Below, one piece after another: positions 36,130-48,200 of a DNA stretch of 64,000 bases. The DNA comes from Octopus sinensis. Lineage: Eukaryota. The stretch lies in contig NC_043004.1 of NCBI RefSeq assembly GCF_006345805.1, positions 48,670,001 to 48,734,000 on the forward strand, read 5' to 3'. The notes under the pieces were generated by a model. The model worked only from the letters and a program-made list of their open reading frames with translations. It ran no database searches and had not been told where the DNA came from. How positions within the stretch are numbered: the first letter of the stretch is position 1; each line of letters starts with the position of its first letter. Made by a program: the position numbers and the translations under genes.

Positions 36130-36345
36130 CATGTGATCTCTTGAGCACCACCAGCAAAAATATTTTTTTCCTCTGTCTTCCCTTCTCGGGATCTTTCCTT
36201 CTCCTTGTTTCCGACGAAGAGCTCCGCTCGAAACGTTAAACCCTCCTTCCCTTCTTTCCTGAGCGTCAAATAATACTTTAATTGTTCCACGTCCTCGCGT
36301 TGCTGTGTTTTTTTCTGTGTTTTCTTGTTTGGATTAACTATATAT
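36130..36345 (+). mobile_element. Family Y (TA)n-flanked repeat with hammerhead-like motif
   Basis: Homologous to 15420-15625; GTTT-CCGACGA-A-GAGC-tcc-GCTC-GAAA-CGTT-AAAC at 36207-36241. Confidence 0.7.
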
Positions 36346-36639
36346 ATAAGTATATGTTTGTATGTGTCCTTGGGTTTGTACTTGTCCCCTTCTCACCACT
36401 GAACAACTGGTGTTGGTTTGTCTATGTCCCTGTAACTTAGTGGTCTGGCAAAAGTGAACGACAGAAAAAGTGCCAGACTTTAAAAGACAAGTACTGTGTG
36501 GGGAGGAGTGAGGTGTGGAGCGTGGCAATTTGTTTGACTAAATATACCCTTGAAGGTGGTGCCCCGGCCTGACCACAGTCCAATGACTGAAACAAGTAAA
36601 TGATAAAGGAAATTTCTAACAGGTTGAATGACCAAGAAG

Positions 36640-37900
36640 AACGAGGCTTGTGAAGATGGTGCCGTTCACCATTGATAAAGTGGTAGCGATAATGGTATGG
36701 TTATATACGTTGTAGTGAAAGAATCGTTGTGATGCTGTTGCGGTGTTAGTGTTTGATGATGGGGGGGGGGGGTTCTTGTTGTTTTGGTGGTGGTGGTGGT
36801 GGTGGTGGTAGTGGTGGCGTAATGGTTGTATTGTTATGGTGATAGCGTTTTTGTTAGTGTTGGTGTTGCAGTAGTGGTGGTCGTTGTTGTGTTGTTGCGA
36901 TGTTAGTGTTCTTGTGGTAGGGATGATGTGGCAACCGTGTTGTGACGTTGGTGTTGTTGTTGTTGTGGTGATAATGTTTCTACAGTGAGCGTTGTTGTTG
37001 TGGTGGTGTCTGTTGTAGTAGTTTTGTTGCTATGTTACTGTTCAACCGTATTTATTGATGCTGCTGATCCATTGACGTAATTTCTTTTGTTGTTATGTTC
37101 TAGTTTGTTGTACGCCGCCACCACCACCACCATCGCCACCGCCACCACTACTACCACTACTCCCTAACATCACCTCTTCCCTTTGCTCTGGTGTCTCCCT
37201 CACACCAGCGTCACACCGTCACTCCATAACACCCGCAGTAGCAGCGTCCGCGCCTCCCTTCCTCCGTCACCAACCTTAACCGCTAACACCACCACCGCCA
37301 CCACCACCATTAACTTACCAGAAACAGTATCTCACTAGCAGCAGCAGCGACAGCAATAGCAGCAGCAGCAGCAGCAGCAGCAGCACTCCACTCTTCCCCC
37401 ATCACCACCACAACCACCAGTACTTCCGACAGCACCACCCCTTTTTTTTCCTCCCCCACCAACACCATCTCCATCGTTCTTATATACCACCCTCACCACC
37501 ACCACCTCTACCGTCATCACCCCGTCTGTGCCAGTATCACTCCACACAAGCTACACTCACTCAAACTGCCACCACACTGCTTACAGCTGTCACCACTACC
37601 ACTACTATAGCCGACGTCACCACCATCACCTCTCGTCAGTGTTGCTATTGTGGTGGCGGTAGCAGTAGCAGTAGTAACAGTGATATTTGTAGTAGTAGTA
37701 GTAGTAGTGTCTGTGCAAGTATTAGTAGTAGAGGTAGGAGCAGAAGTTACCGTCATGGTAGTGGCGGTATTAATCGTGCAGCAGCAGCAGTAGTAGTAGT
37801 AGTAGTAGCAACAGTAGTAGTAATAGTAGTAGTAGTAGTAGTAGTAGCAGTAGTTGTAGTAGCAGAGGCTGTAGTTGGCTCTGGTAGTGGTTCTGGTGAG
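36640..37900. repeat. Trinucleotide low-complexity region (GGT/GTT, then ACC/CAG, then GTA)
   Basis: Direct reading. Confidence 0.85.
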
Positions 37901-37929
37901 ATCACTCTGCTCTCTCCACTATCAACCTC

Positions 37930-38340
37930 ATATCTCACTTTTTTTTTTTTTCTTTTATTCCTTTCTCTTTACCTTCACTTTCGTTCCACTTCTGTCTTAT
38001 ACGTACCACCTCCCACTTTCTCTCTCTTTATCTCTCCTCCCTTACATCTCTTACTCACTTCACTCCCCCTCTCTATATTTTGCTGACTTTCCTCTTCCGT
38101 TCCATCTTTTTGCTCTCTCTGCCCTCTACTCTGTCTTTCCTCACTCTCAGTGCCTCTTGTTCTTCCCTCATTCTCTCTATCTTTTTCTTCTTTCCCCTAT
38201 ATATATACATATATCTTTCCTTCTCTCGATATTTTATTCACTCTTTCCTCGCTGTCACTGTCTTTTGTTCTGTCTATTTTTTTTCTTCTCCTTCCTCTAT
38301 TTTCTGTTCTGTTTTATTCCCCGTCTCATCCGCCCTTTCG
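37930..38340. repeat. Polypyrimidine low-complexity tract
   Basis: Strong C/T bias on the plus strand. Confidence 0.8.
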
Positions 38341-38955
38341 TTGTCTATAAACACCATAAAGACAGAATATAAGAGAACTTTAAATAGTGAAAGACAAGAA
38401 ACTGAATGAATAAGTCAGAAATGAAGGAATAAGGTTGGAAAGAGAGAAATAAAACGTTAAGAAAGAGAAAACAGTAATTGAAGGGTTAGAATGAATAAGT
38501 GTTGTGTGTGAAACCTGATGACTAACGTGTCCAGGATGTGAAACATTAGTGTAACCTGACAGAAGTTACTATGACATTCCAATCAACAAGTTCTCTTTGT
38601 TTTGCATTTGATAAAAGACCAGAGGCTGGGCCAAACTCGTAGCCGTTAAATTCTAGCGCTTGATACGTCTTTAACAACTTCTATTTGCTTGTTAGACATA
38701 TGGGGATCGCCTCCCCATAAGAAAAATAAAGCCAAAAACGGCCCTCTTCAAAGCGAGCTACTGGTTCCTTCTATACTATCATACACACACGACGGGCTCC
38801 TTTTAGTTTCCGTCTACCAAATCTATACAGAAAGCTTTATTCGGTCAGGGCTGTAGAAGGAGACACTTGCCCAAGGTCCAAACGCTGTGTGACTGAATCG
38901 AAGGCCACATTCACATGGTTAGGAAGCAAGCTTTTTTAGCACATAGCCACGCCTG

Positions 38956-38992
<37 letters not shown>

Positions 38993-39364
38993 GGACTAAG
39001 TCATTCATTGTAAACTGTAGTTAAGATTGTAAAATGTGTGATTTAAGGAAGGCTTTTGTTGTTATTTCTAGCAGGGCTCCAGGTCAGCTTTGATCGAGCA
39101 GCCCTTATAATCATAAATAACCGACCATAATTCAGAAGTATTCCACCTATAATCATTCTGTTTATTAGTCACTTTTTTTTTTGTTTTGTTGACTATTTTG
39201 TGTCCTTTTTGTATGAAACGTGAGAAATGAAGAAGATTTGGCTGCTATTTCGAGCGAGCTTGCGGAAGCTTTCTCATTGGCTCTTGTTGTTCACTCCCTG
39301 TTTTAATCACAGCTGTATATCTCGCTTACTGCCTATATCCTTGCTTAGTTCCTTTTATCTTTTT

Positions 39365-39690
39365 TATCCTCTATCTTTTACTTGTTTCAATCATTAGACT
39401 GCGCCCATACTGGGGTACTGCCTTGAAGAATTTTAGTCAAACGAATCAACCCCAATACCTATTTTTTAAAGCCTGGAACTTATTCTGTCGGGTAATTTTT
39501 GCCGAACCGCTAAGTTATGGTGGGGGTAACGATTTTCAAGCAATGGAGGGGGTCACACACGATAGGCTTCTTTCAGTTTCCTTGTACCAAATCTATTCAC
39601 AAGGCTTTTGCCGGCCCGAGGCTATAGTAGTAGACACTCGCCCCAAGGTGTCACGCAGTGGGACTGAACCTGGAACCATGTGGCTACTGC
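39365..39690 (-). mobile_element. SINE family A, diverged
   Basis: ttacttgtttcaatcatt...gccgaaccgctaagt...ggcttctttcagtttcc...gcagtgggactgaacctggaaccatgtgg. Confidence 0.75.
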
Positions 39691-42600
39691 GCCTTAGTTT
39701 ACTAAATAAATCGTCGAAGTTAACAATTTTACATTTCCTCACTTCATATATCTGCTTTGTAAAATACCAATTCATCAACCCACGACAGACTACCATCTTA
39801 TTAGGGAGTTGATTTATCTCTGTGCTAAGCACTAACATTTAATAAAACCGCAGGAATTTGGAGACCTCACTATATGATTGCTCCCAAAGCCCCACCCAAT
39901 GCTACTTACCCCTACTTCCCCAGCTGACAACAGCCACTACCATCACACAGTTATTCATCTACTATATCCATCATACATTATAACCATCACAGTTGTATAT
40001 GCGTATATGTCTCTAATGTTTTCTCAGCCCACACGGGTACATTGAATAGTTTGTCCATAGGTATTTGTTTCTCTAAAACCATTATTCTGCCAAACGCATC
40101 ACAACATCCAATAGTTAGGTAGGGGAGAGAATCCTATCGTGTTTAAACTTTTCATATTGACTATTTAGCTACCAAGTTTCCAATAAAACAGCGAAGCTGT
40201 AACTTCCAATACATCGCTGTTAATAGCATCGGTGCATTTGGTGCTCTAGACGTGTTAGCTTTCTAACATTCCACCTTGAAATACTGCTACATTTTAACAT
40301 TCCTTCGATTGTACCATCTACTCAGTGTTGATGTCATTGTTAATCTTTTCCTTAACACAAAGCATTATTTTGGTTTCGATCAAGGGCTGTGGACTGACAG
40401 AATCGTTAGAGCGTCGGAAAATATGCCTTGCAGTATTTCTTTAGGCTCATATGTTCTGAGTTCAAATCCCGCCGAGGTCAGCTTTGCACTTCATCCTTCC
40501 GGTGACGATAGAATAAACTATTAGCGAAGTACTGAGGGTGATGGTATCAAATAAAACCTTATCCCTCAAAATTGCTTGTTTGTAAATTATATGCAATTGT
40601 TTCATTTCCTATCGCTTTTATTCTTTTACTTGCTATAATCACTAGGCTGAGACCATGGTGGGGCACCGCCTTGAAGAGATTCTTGTCAATCATATCGTCA
40701 CCAGTACCTATCTTAAAATCTAGTATTAATTTTCGTCATCTGCACTGCATAGACACCGGTTTTCAAGCGGTGTTAAACATAAACACCAAGAAGACCAATG
40801 CTCTCTTTATCTCTTTCATGTGTGTGTGTTATGAGAGAAAAACTTGGGGTATGAATTCGATGTACCTTTATTTCATCCGCGAAAGGAATACCAAATTCAT
40901 GCGTTGTCTTTCTCTGTCGTAGTATTACACCATAGCCCTATTCGAGTCACATAGAGCCCTGTGCAATCATGCACCAGAGGCCGTTGAACGTGATTGCTAT
41001 TAAGAGCTGCGACCAAAACGATAATTTAGTCGTGCCCCTTACGCATCCATTTCCACTACTTATGGTTTCCGTCTCTGAATTTCACTGAGACCTCGGCCCG
41101 GAACTATAGTAGTACCAAGCAATGGAAACTACCCCACTTGGTTGCGAAACGAATTTTTAAAGTGCACAGCCATTTCTATTTAGTCATCTTCACTTTCCTT
41201 GTATTTGCATTTTCGAATATGTTACTCTCTCACATCTTAAACTGATTACATCCTTCCTAGAACGATTGATTTCCACACAAGAAACATTCAAATTCAGTGT
41301 GTGTTTTCTGTTTTTAACAACAGTTAATTGACTTGTTTGACAAATTAAATTAAGATGGGTGTAATTGAAACATATTTAACAGTTTCAAATACCAGTGTGT
41401 CAAATGTTTCATCGTTCTTTATTTAATCTTATCCGCATCCATCTAAGCCACCCTTCACCTTTATTAGCATCCATCTATAACACTCTTCTTTATTTCTTGT
41501 CTGACAAAACATTCTACCAGAAACGACACTATTTGTCGTTCCTAAGAACACCGGAATTGATTCAATTTTGGGGCCTTAATCGCTGATTTTAGCCGACGTT
41601 GATGACCATTGGTCTTTTTGGACTGTTGGCTTTGTAGTTTTAACATAGCTTCATAGTAGATACTGTGTTTTTTTTTTTTTTTTTATTATTCTAAAGTAGA
41701 CGTTACTTTAACGGCGACAATAACGGTGTGATTTGAACTCAGAAGGTAAAGATTCGATATGAAATACGACAGCGCATTTTGCAACGATTCTGCGAGTCTA
41801 CCACCTTGTCCATTGTTCTAATATACAATTGCATTATTTCTTATTTAGGCCCCGGGTCAGATATTCTGGGTGAGGAAACAATCAAATCTACACCAGTTTT
41901 TGATTGACACTCTATCTTATAGAGCCCAGAAGAATGAAAGGTAATGTTTGACCTCGACGGAATTTGAAATCATAACGTAAAGAGCCGCAACGAATACCAT
42001 AAGGCGCTCTAACGATTCTGCCACTTGCGTCAACTTTTGTCTTCCAGCGTTGACAAAAATATAGTCAAGTGATAGGGTTGGTTTAATCGACTGGCTTCTT
42101 CCTTACATGTTTGTAGCATTGTACCTGTTAGAAATCATTAGTGCAGAAAATTATAACATTGGTAGACCATTGGAAAAAATATCTTGAAGTTCAAATCCCG
42201 CCAGGTCAACTTAGCTTTTCATTCTTACCTCGGTCAGTTAAGCTCGTACCCTATGTTAATTTACAGAAAAATAGTTTCAACAAATTAAATGAAGAGTGGG
42301 AGCAGGTTAAAATAAAATTGTTCAAATACTAGATTTGTACTAATGTAGATTAAGCTAGCAATCTCTTTCTTGCTCCCTGGCACAAAAAAAAAAATTCTTC
42401 GTCGGTTCTTCACAGCACATTTTAGGCTATCTCTTTTCTTATCTGAAGAGCTCCGAAGGTTCTGAGAAGTTTTATATTCGTTTTAGATTTATTCTACTGT
42501 TATGTGTCAGTGACGAGCCACGAAATTGATTACGATGAAACCTAATCATTGTTTCATAAAATATATGTCTTTAAGCAACAAAATGTTGTAGCTTTAGAGT

Positions 42601-43007
42601 GCTGAAAATGTAAAATAGATTTGGTGTAGAATTTTTAACGGTCCAAGAAAAAATTGACTGTGACGCTAAAATAAGCCAAGTAACTAACCCTACACCTACG
42701 TAGTAGCACCAATCCAACAGAGGGCGAGTTGCTTGTAACCAGCCAACCAACCAACCAACGCAATTTAGGGCTTGTAATCAAGCAGCTAACCTTGAATTGG
42801 TTAAGTGCAGCTTTACTTGACTTTTAGTGATCACAGTAAAGACTTATCTCCATCTCGCTGTTTGTCATTTGTTTAATTTGATGTGACAGTGCTGTCTCTA
42901 AACATACACCTTAGATAACCATCCACTACCCACCCACTTTCACTATTATTTTTTGCTATTATAATTGTATATTAGTTACAGAGGCAGTATTAATACTGAG
43001 AGATAAT

Positions 43008-43492
43008 ATTTATCCCCACTTAAATATGGATGTACTGTTAGAACAAACTATACTGCGGTAGATACCATGAGAGAAACTCTCAATATTGGATTTTGGTACA
43101 AAATACAGTCTTGTTTTATATCGCTAACGGGGAGATAAATCATGCCATCTCCGGCGCCAGATCACATGATTTCGACCTTCCTTGGTCTTGTAAGTGATGG
43201 GTGCTTGATAGAGATAGCAGCGATTCATCTCCCCGCCAGCAATATTTAGAATAACAGTGCCAGAAGAAGCGCCTCTTCCGCCGCTGTCGAGCGTCCATCA
43301 TTGACAAGACCAAGGAAGGTTGAAATCACGTGATCTGATGGTCTCGGCGCTGAAGGTGACAGGGGTTTATCTCCCCGCTAGCAATATAAACGAGTGCATT
43401 TTGCACTGAAAGTCGATATGAGAGGTTCTCTCGTGATAACTACCGCAGTATAGTTTGTTGTAACAGAACACCCACGTTTAAGTGAAGATAAA
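43008..43492. mobile_element. Foldback/MITE-like element with roughly 200-bp inverted arms
   Basis: 43008-43212 is the imperfect reverse complement of 43283-43492 (e.g. acaaactatactgcggtag / ctaccgcagtatagtttgt; ccttccttggtcttgt / acaagaccaaggaagg). Confidence 0.8.
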
Positions 43493-44099
43493 CATCACTT
43501 CTTGCTATTATAATTATTCAAAGGTGGATGAGAGTGGCAGGCATGATCCAAGTGAACGGCATGCTCTGAGCATGTGTCTGTTAATTAGAGCGAGATAACT
43601 GGATGAAAACTCTTATCTCGGTATTTAGGGTGACCGTGGTTTTGTAGGGTTTGCACGAGTAGCCCTCGAAGTTTTCTCTCTCTCCCTTCTCTTCCAACTG
43701 ATGGAGAAATTCCTTTGAATTTTTTTCTCTTGTTTACACATTCTTTATATAAATTCCGCACTACATCATCTGTATCGCGGTAAGGTGGCGAGCTGACAGA
43801 ATCGTTAGAGCTGTCACGAATAGTGTTTGGGTGTTTCATCAAATGCCATGGTAGCTGTTGAGCTAGTGAATGAAAACGTATTTCTCGGGCTGCGTGAAGA
43901 AGTGATTGACAACAATCGCAAAGAATTAATATAAGATTTTATTATTACACATAGAGTTTTAATTGTTGGTCTTTTACAAATAGCAATAATTACATGCTAA
44001 GAGAGATGGAAAACAACGCTGCGTTAAAAGAAGTTGTTTATGAGATATTGTGTGAATGTTTAATTCGGTCTGTCCAAGAAGCTGGTGATGTCTGTGCAA

Positions 44100-44330
44100 A
44101 TGTCCCGAGTAAATATGGAGGCGCATTCCGCCCAACCGCCTTCAGCACCCTGCCTAGCGAGATGCGCGAGCCGTGTGATTGGGCCAGCAAGTCTCAACAC
44201 TCTGCCTGGAGTTTAGGCGCCAAAAGTGACTTTTATATAGGGCGCAGAGAGAAGATTCAAGAAAATTGAATCACGCTGTGGCTTGACGCTGATTGGTTGT
44301 TTAATAGACCGATCACGTGAAACTCATGTG
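44100..44330 (-). promoter_or_regulatory. Putative Pol II promoter-like element
   Basis: Minus-strand TATATAAAAG at 44239-44230; CCAAT at 44296-44292 and 44182-44178; GC box at 44128-44133; CACGTG at 44314-44319; unique, CpG-rich sequence. Confidence 0.45.
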
Positions 44331-44339
44331 GTTTACTCA

Positions 44340-44570
44340 GGATGTTTGACTGGCTACCAAGCTCGGATTCGAATCGCCGCTACAGAGCTTCAGGCAAAAT
44401 GCCATCTGATATTTTCCCCAGCTCTTTTCATGTTCTGATATCAAATTCTACCGAAGTCACTTGTGCCTTTCATCCTTTCGGGGTCGATAAAATAAAGTAC
44501 CGGTGAAGTACTTGGATCGATGATATCGGCTAAGACTTCCTTTCAAAATTGCTGGCCTTGTGCCTGACTC
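44340..44570 (+). mobile_element. SINE family D, diverged
   Basis: gcctttcatcctttcggggtcgataaaataaagtaccggtg core. Confidence 0.6.
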
Positions 44571-44929
44571 AGTAACGATTCTTTGATATCCTTTAGCTCC
44601 AGCCTCTTCATAAACGTTTTTTTTTAATTGGAAAAAGAGAAATAGGAAAATGTGATGTCCTTTTTTTCTTTAGAAAAAAAAAGGGAAGACATTAGTGATA
44701 TAAGAGAAGCTGTTTCAGCAGAGGTCGGGGCTGAGACTAGATTTTCTTTGGGAACTAACGGCCTCAGCATTGCTTTTACTGATGATGATAATGATGATGA
44801 TGTAAGAACAAGAACAGTTATGTATTTTCAACTAGGCGCATAGCAGTATAACCGTTTGATCTCAGTAATAACAACCCCAGCGAGATTTGAACTCATACAA
44901 CACGAGGCCACAATCCTCGAGAAGCAAGA

Positions 44930-45900
44930 GAAGGAAAGAAAAAGGGAGTATTCACATGGCTGCTGTTGTGTGAGAGAAAGAAGTGGCGGGGGGGAGGAAA
45001 GTAAACCAGAAGAGCGGGAGACTGGTGGATAGGTGAGAGAAGACAGGTGAATGTAGGAAACGGTGATGTGAGAGAGAGAGCTGGTGGTGGGGGTGGGGGG
45101 AAAGAAGAGAAAGAGTGAAGAACATGGGGGAAGGAAAAAAAAGGATGTGAGAAGGAGAAGGGGTAGGGGAGAGGAGGTAATAAGGTAAGAAAGATTTAAA
45201 GCTGCGATGGAGCTCTAAATCGCAAGCACTGCCGCCTTCCTCCTCCTCCTCTTCTACCTCCTCCTACTCCTCACACATACGTACGCGCACGCACGCACGT
45301 ACGCACACGCACGCACACACACACACAAACCTCCGTTACACATGGAAAGTGGTTTATTTTCCTTCCTGATAAGTTCCAACTCCTTGCTAAATTCCACCAA
45401 ATTTAACCAATCAACATTGAGTTTCAAACATTTTCCCGTTCTCTCTGCTACTTTCTTCTCTTTGTTTTCTACTATCGTCTTTTTTTTTTTTTTTTAATTA
45501 TTTCATCCCCCCACCCCCCACCCTCACCCACTTCTCCTACCGTTTCTCTCGTTCTCTCAGCCTGTACTGAGCAGCAAGAATGTTTTCCATTTCTCGTTAT
45601 TCATTTATATTTCGCCTGTATTCTTCTCTCATTTCTATTTTTTCTACCTCTTTCATTCTCATCACAACAATTATTTCATTCTCTCATTTTGTTTTCATCT
45701 TTCTTCCTTCTGACACTTTTATCTTGCTTTTTTTTTTTTTCTTTTTCATATCATTTAACTCTCGCATAATTTTCGTCCCTAATTCATTCTCTCATTCCTA
45801 ATTCCCCGTCTCTTCTTTGCCGTCATCTCTCTTTCATCCCACAATTTCTGTATGAAATATCTGTCTTTCCACTACAAACACAACCGCTGCTCATCTATTT
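44930..45900. repeat. Purine-rich then pyrimidine-rich low-complexity tracts with a (CA/CG)n repeat
   Basis: G/A-rich at 44930-45200 and C/T-rich at 45380-45900. Confidence 0.75.
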
Positions 45901-46699
45901 TATTCTTGTTAATATTGCATCTGTAAGAAATGAGTCGCAACACATCTTATCTACTTCAGTCTCATTTTTCAACATTTAATTTGTGTTCCCTTTCTTTAAT
46001 TCTTTCTCGTCTTCCACCACATGTCTGTCTGTCCTTCCCTTGTCTTAACATTTTTCTCTTTTATAATTCAAATACATTCTATTTACATCATATGCGCATA
46101 TCCATCCATGCGTGTGTGTGTGTTTTATTTCAATCGAGTCAGTCTCTTGGTTCTCTGAGTTTCGCTTGTGGAACTCGCCTAATGACCCCTGTATACCCAT
46201 AGGCAAAACTCAAGAGTAGCAAGAAACTGACTGTACCCAAAATAAAACATGTTGTTAGTCTATATTATGATATTGAGTATTCTTGCTTCCGACAGTCGGA
46301 TATGTATGTGTGTGTGTTGCATATCTTATTGCATTGTGCAGTTTTAACGTAAAAGAAAATTCATTCCAGTTGGGAAATTGAAACCAAGCCAGTAGTCTAG
46401 AAGTTATCGCTGGACCACCGCTTGATAGACGCACCCAGCAGTGTCCATCGGTGCACATGTATTTAAGTAAACCTACAGTCGAATCTTCTTCCAAAGTTGG
46501 TCTTTTAAACATGCATAATTTTGTGGCTGTCAGACCCAGTTGCCCAGCGTATCATGATTTCATCTCCTTTAAATCATTTTTGACAAAAACTATAGTTCCA
46601 CATCTTATCTATATAGATTCATTATCCTTCACTAGAAATTCTACTTCCGAGCAGTTTTCTCTAAGTTCCTGTAATATTTTACTCTTTATTTTCATGATT

Positions 46700-47035
46700 G
46701 AACTGCGGTCATGATGAGGCATTAAAGAGTTTAGTCAAACAAATCGATCCCAGCACTTTATTTCTTTTTTGTAAGCCCGGTACATATTCTACCGGTCTTT
46801 TTTTTTTTTACCAAACCGCTAAGTTATGGGAATGTAAGCAATGGTGGATGACATACACAAATTTATATCCGACAGTTTTCTTTTCGGTTTCTGCTTGACA
46901 AACCCACTGACAAGGCTTTTGGTCCGCCCATAGCTATAGTAGAAAATACTTGACCAAGGTGCCATGTGGTAGGACTGAACCCGGAACTATGTGGTTGGGA
47001 AGCGAACTTCTTATCACACAACCACGCCTGCACCT
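46700..47035 (-). mobile_element. SINE family A, diverged
   Basis: gtcaaacaaatcgatcccagcac...aaccgctaagtt...ggactgaacccggaactatgtggttgg. Confidence 0.7.
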
Positions 47036-47086
47036 AACTATTTGAATTATCCACTTGACATTATAATGATTTTATAATCTGATCTA

Positions 47087-47760
47087 GAACAACCCAGAGG
47101 GGAAAATATTTGTCACCAGCTATATAAATTCACAGGTTTTCGGCCTGCAACTAGTTTGATAAGTGCCAACCCTCGGACCTTGAATCACTTTGTTACTTTT
47201 GCTAAATATTAATAAAAAAAATACACATATACTCATGTTTTGAGTTCTGTTTTCCCTGTTTGCATCAACATACCTGTACATCCATCCATCCATACGTACA
47301 TGCATGCATGTATGTATGTATGCGATAGGACGACATTGTCCAGTATACTTTTTCTTTAAGATAGTAAAGAGTGAAATTGCTGGAAATTTGCAATTTAGCT
47401 GCTATTTCTAATAGGTTGAGCAACTGCGTAATGATCTCTTGTTAAGCTCGAAGTAAACGTTACTATTTTTAAGCTCTAGATCAGCCCTGATTGAACGGAA
47501 TTGATCTTTGGCTTAAAAACATGATGCAAGACGTCCCAGCTATGGCGGAGCCATCTTTTTGTATATCAGGAATTATACTATACACAATTGAACAACCCAC
47601 AGGGGAAAATATTTGTCACCAGCTATATAAATTCACAGGTTTTCGAACTGCAAACTAGTTTATTAAGTGCCAACTCTTGGACTCGAGTCATTCTTACTTC
47701 TGCTAAATATTAATAAAAATACATATATACTCATATTTTGAGTTCTATTTTTTCGGTTGA
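47087..47760. repeat. Direct duplication of about 170 bp (47087-47260 and 47590-47760)
   Basis: gaacaaccca.aggggaaaatatttgtcaccagctatataaattcacaggttttcg...ctaaatattaataaaaa...tactcat.ttttgagttct occurs twice. Confidence 0.85.
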
Positions 47761-47994
47761 CCAAGTAGAAAATCCCTTGTTGAATACGAAAGCCTGCTGA
47801 CTGACATTTATTGAGTCGCCTTTCAGGATGGAAAATGTTTAGTAACAAGACGATACCGTTGTCTGCTAGAGAATCTCTGTATCTGTCTGTCTCCCAACTT
47901 CTTTCTTTCAATTTCAATTTCATTCTTTCGGAGAAAGAGTTGGTGCAAGATGCGGTATAAAGTATTTGATTTACCTGTGTATTATTTCATTGTA

Positions 47995-48200
47995 GGAAGG
48001 CAGCGAGCTGGCAGAATCGTTAGCGTGACGGAAATAAAATGCTTAGCCGGCATTTCTTTCAGCTGTTGACGTTCTGAGTTCAAATTTCACCAAGATCATC
48101 TTTGCTTTCATCGATACAATTGGTATCAGTGAAACATTGCGGTTGATGTAATCGTCTTACTCGCTCCCCTAAAATTGCTCGCCTCGTACGAAAACTTGAA
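47995..48200 (+). mobile_element. SINE family D
   Basis: gcgagctggcagaatcgttagc...acgttctgagttcaaattt. Confidence 0.7.

Noticed and set aside
43994-44269. 91-aa plus-strand ORF
   Set aside because: No recognisable motif; it overlaps promoter-like elements on the opposite strand, and GC-rich DNA is often open by chance.
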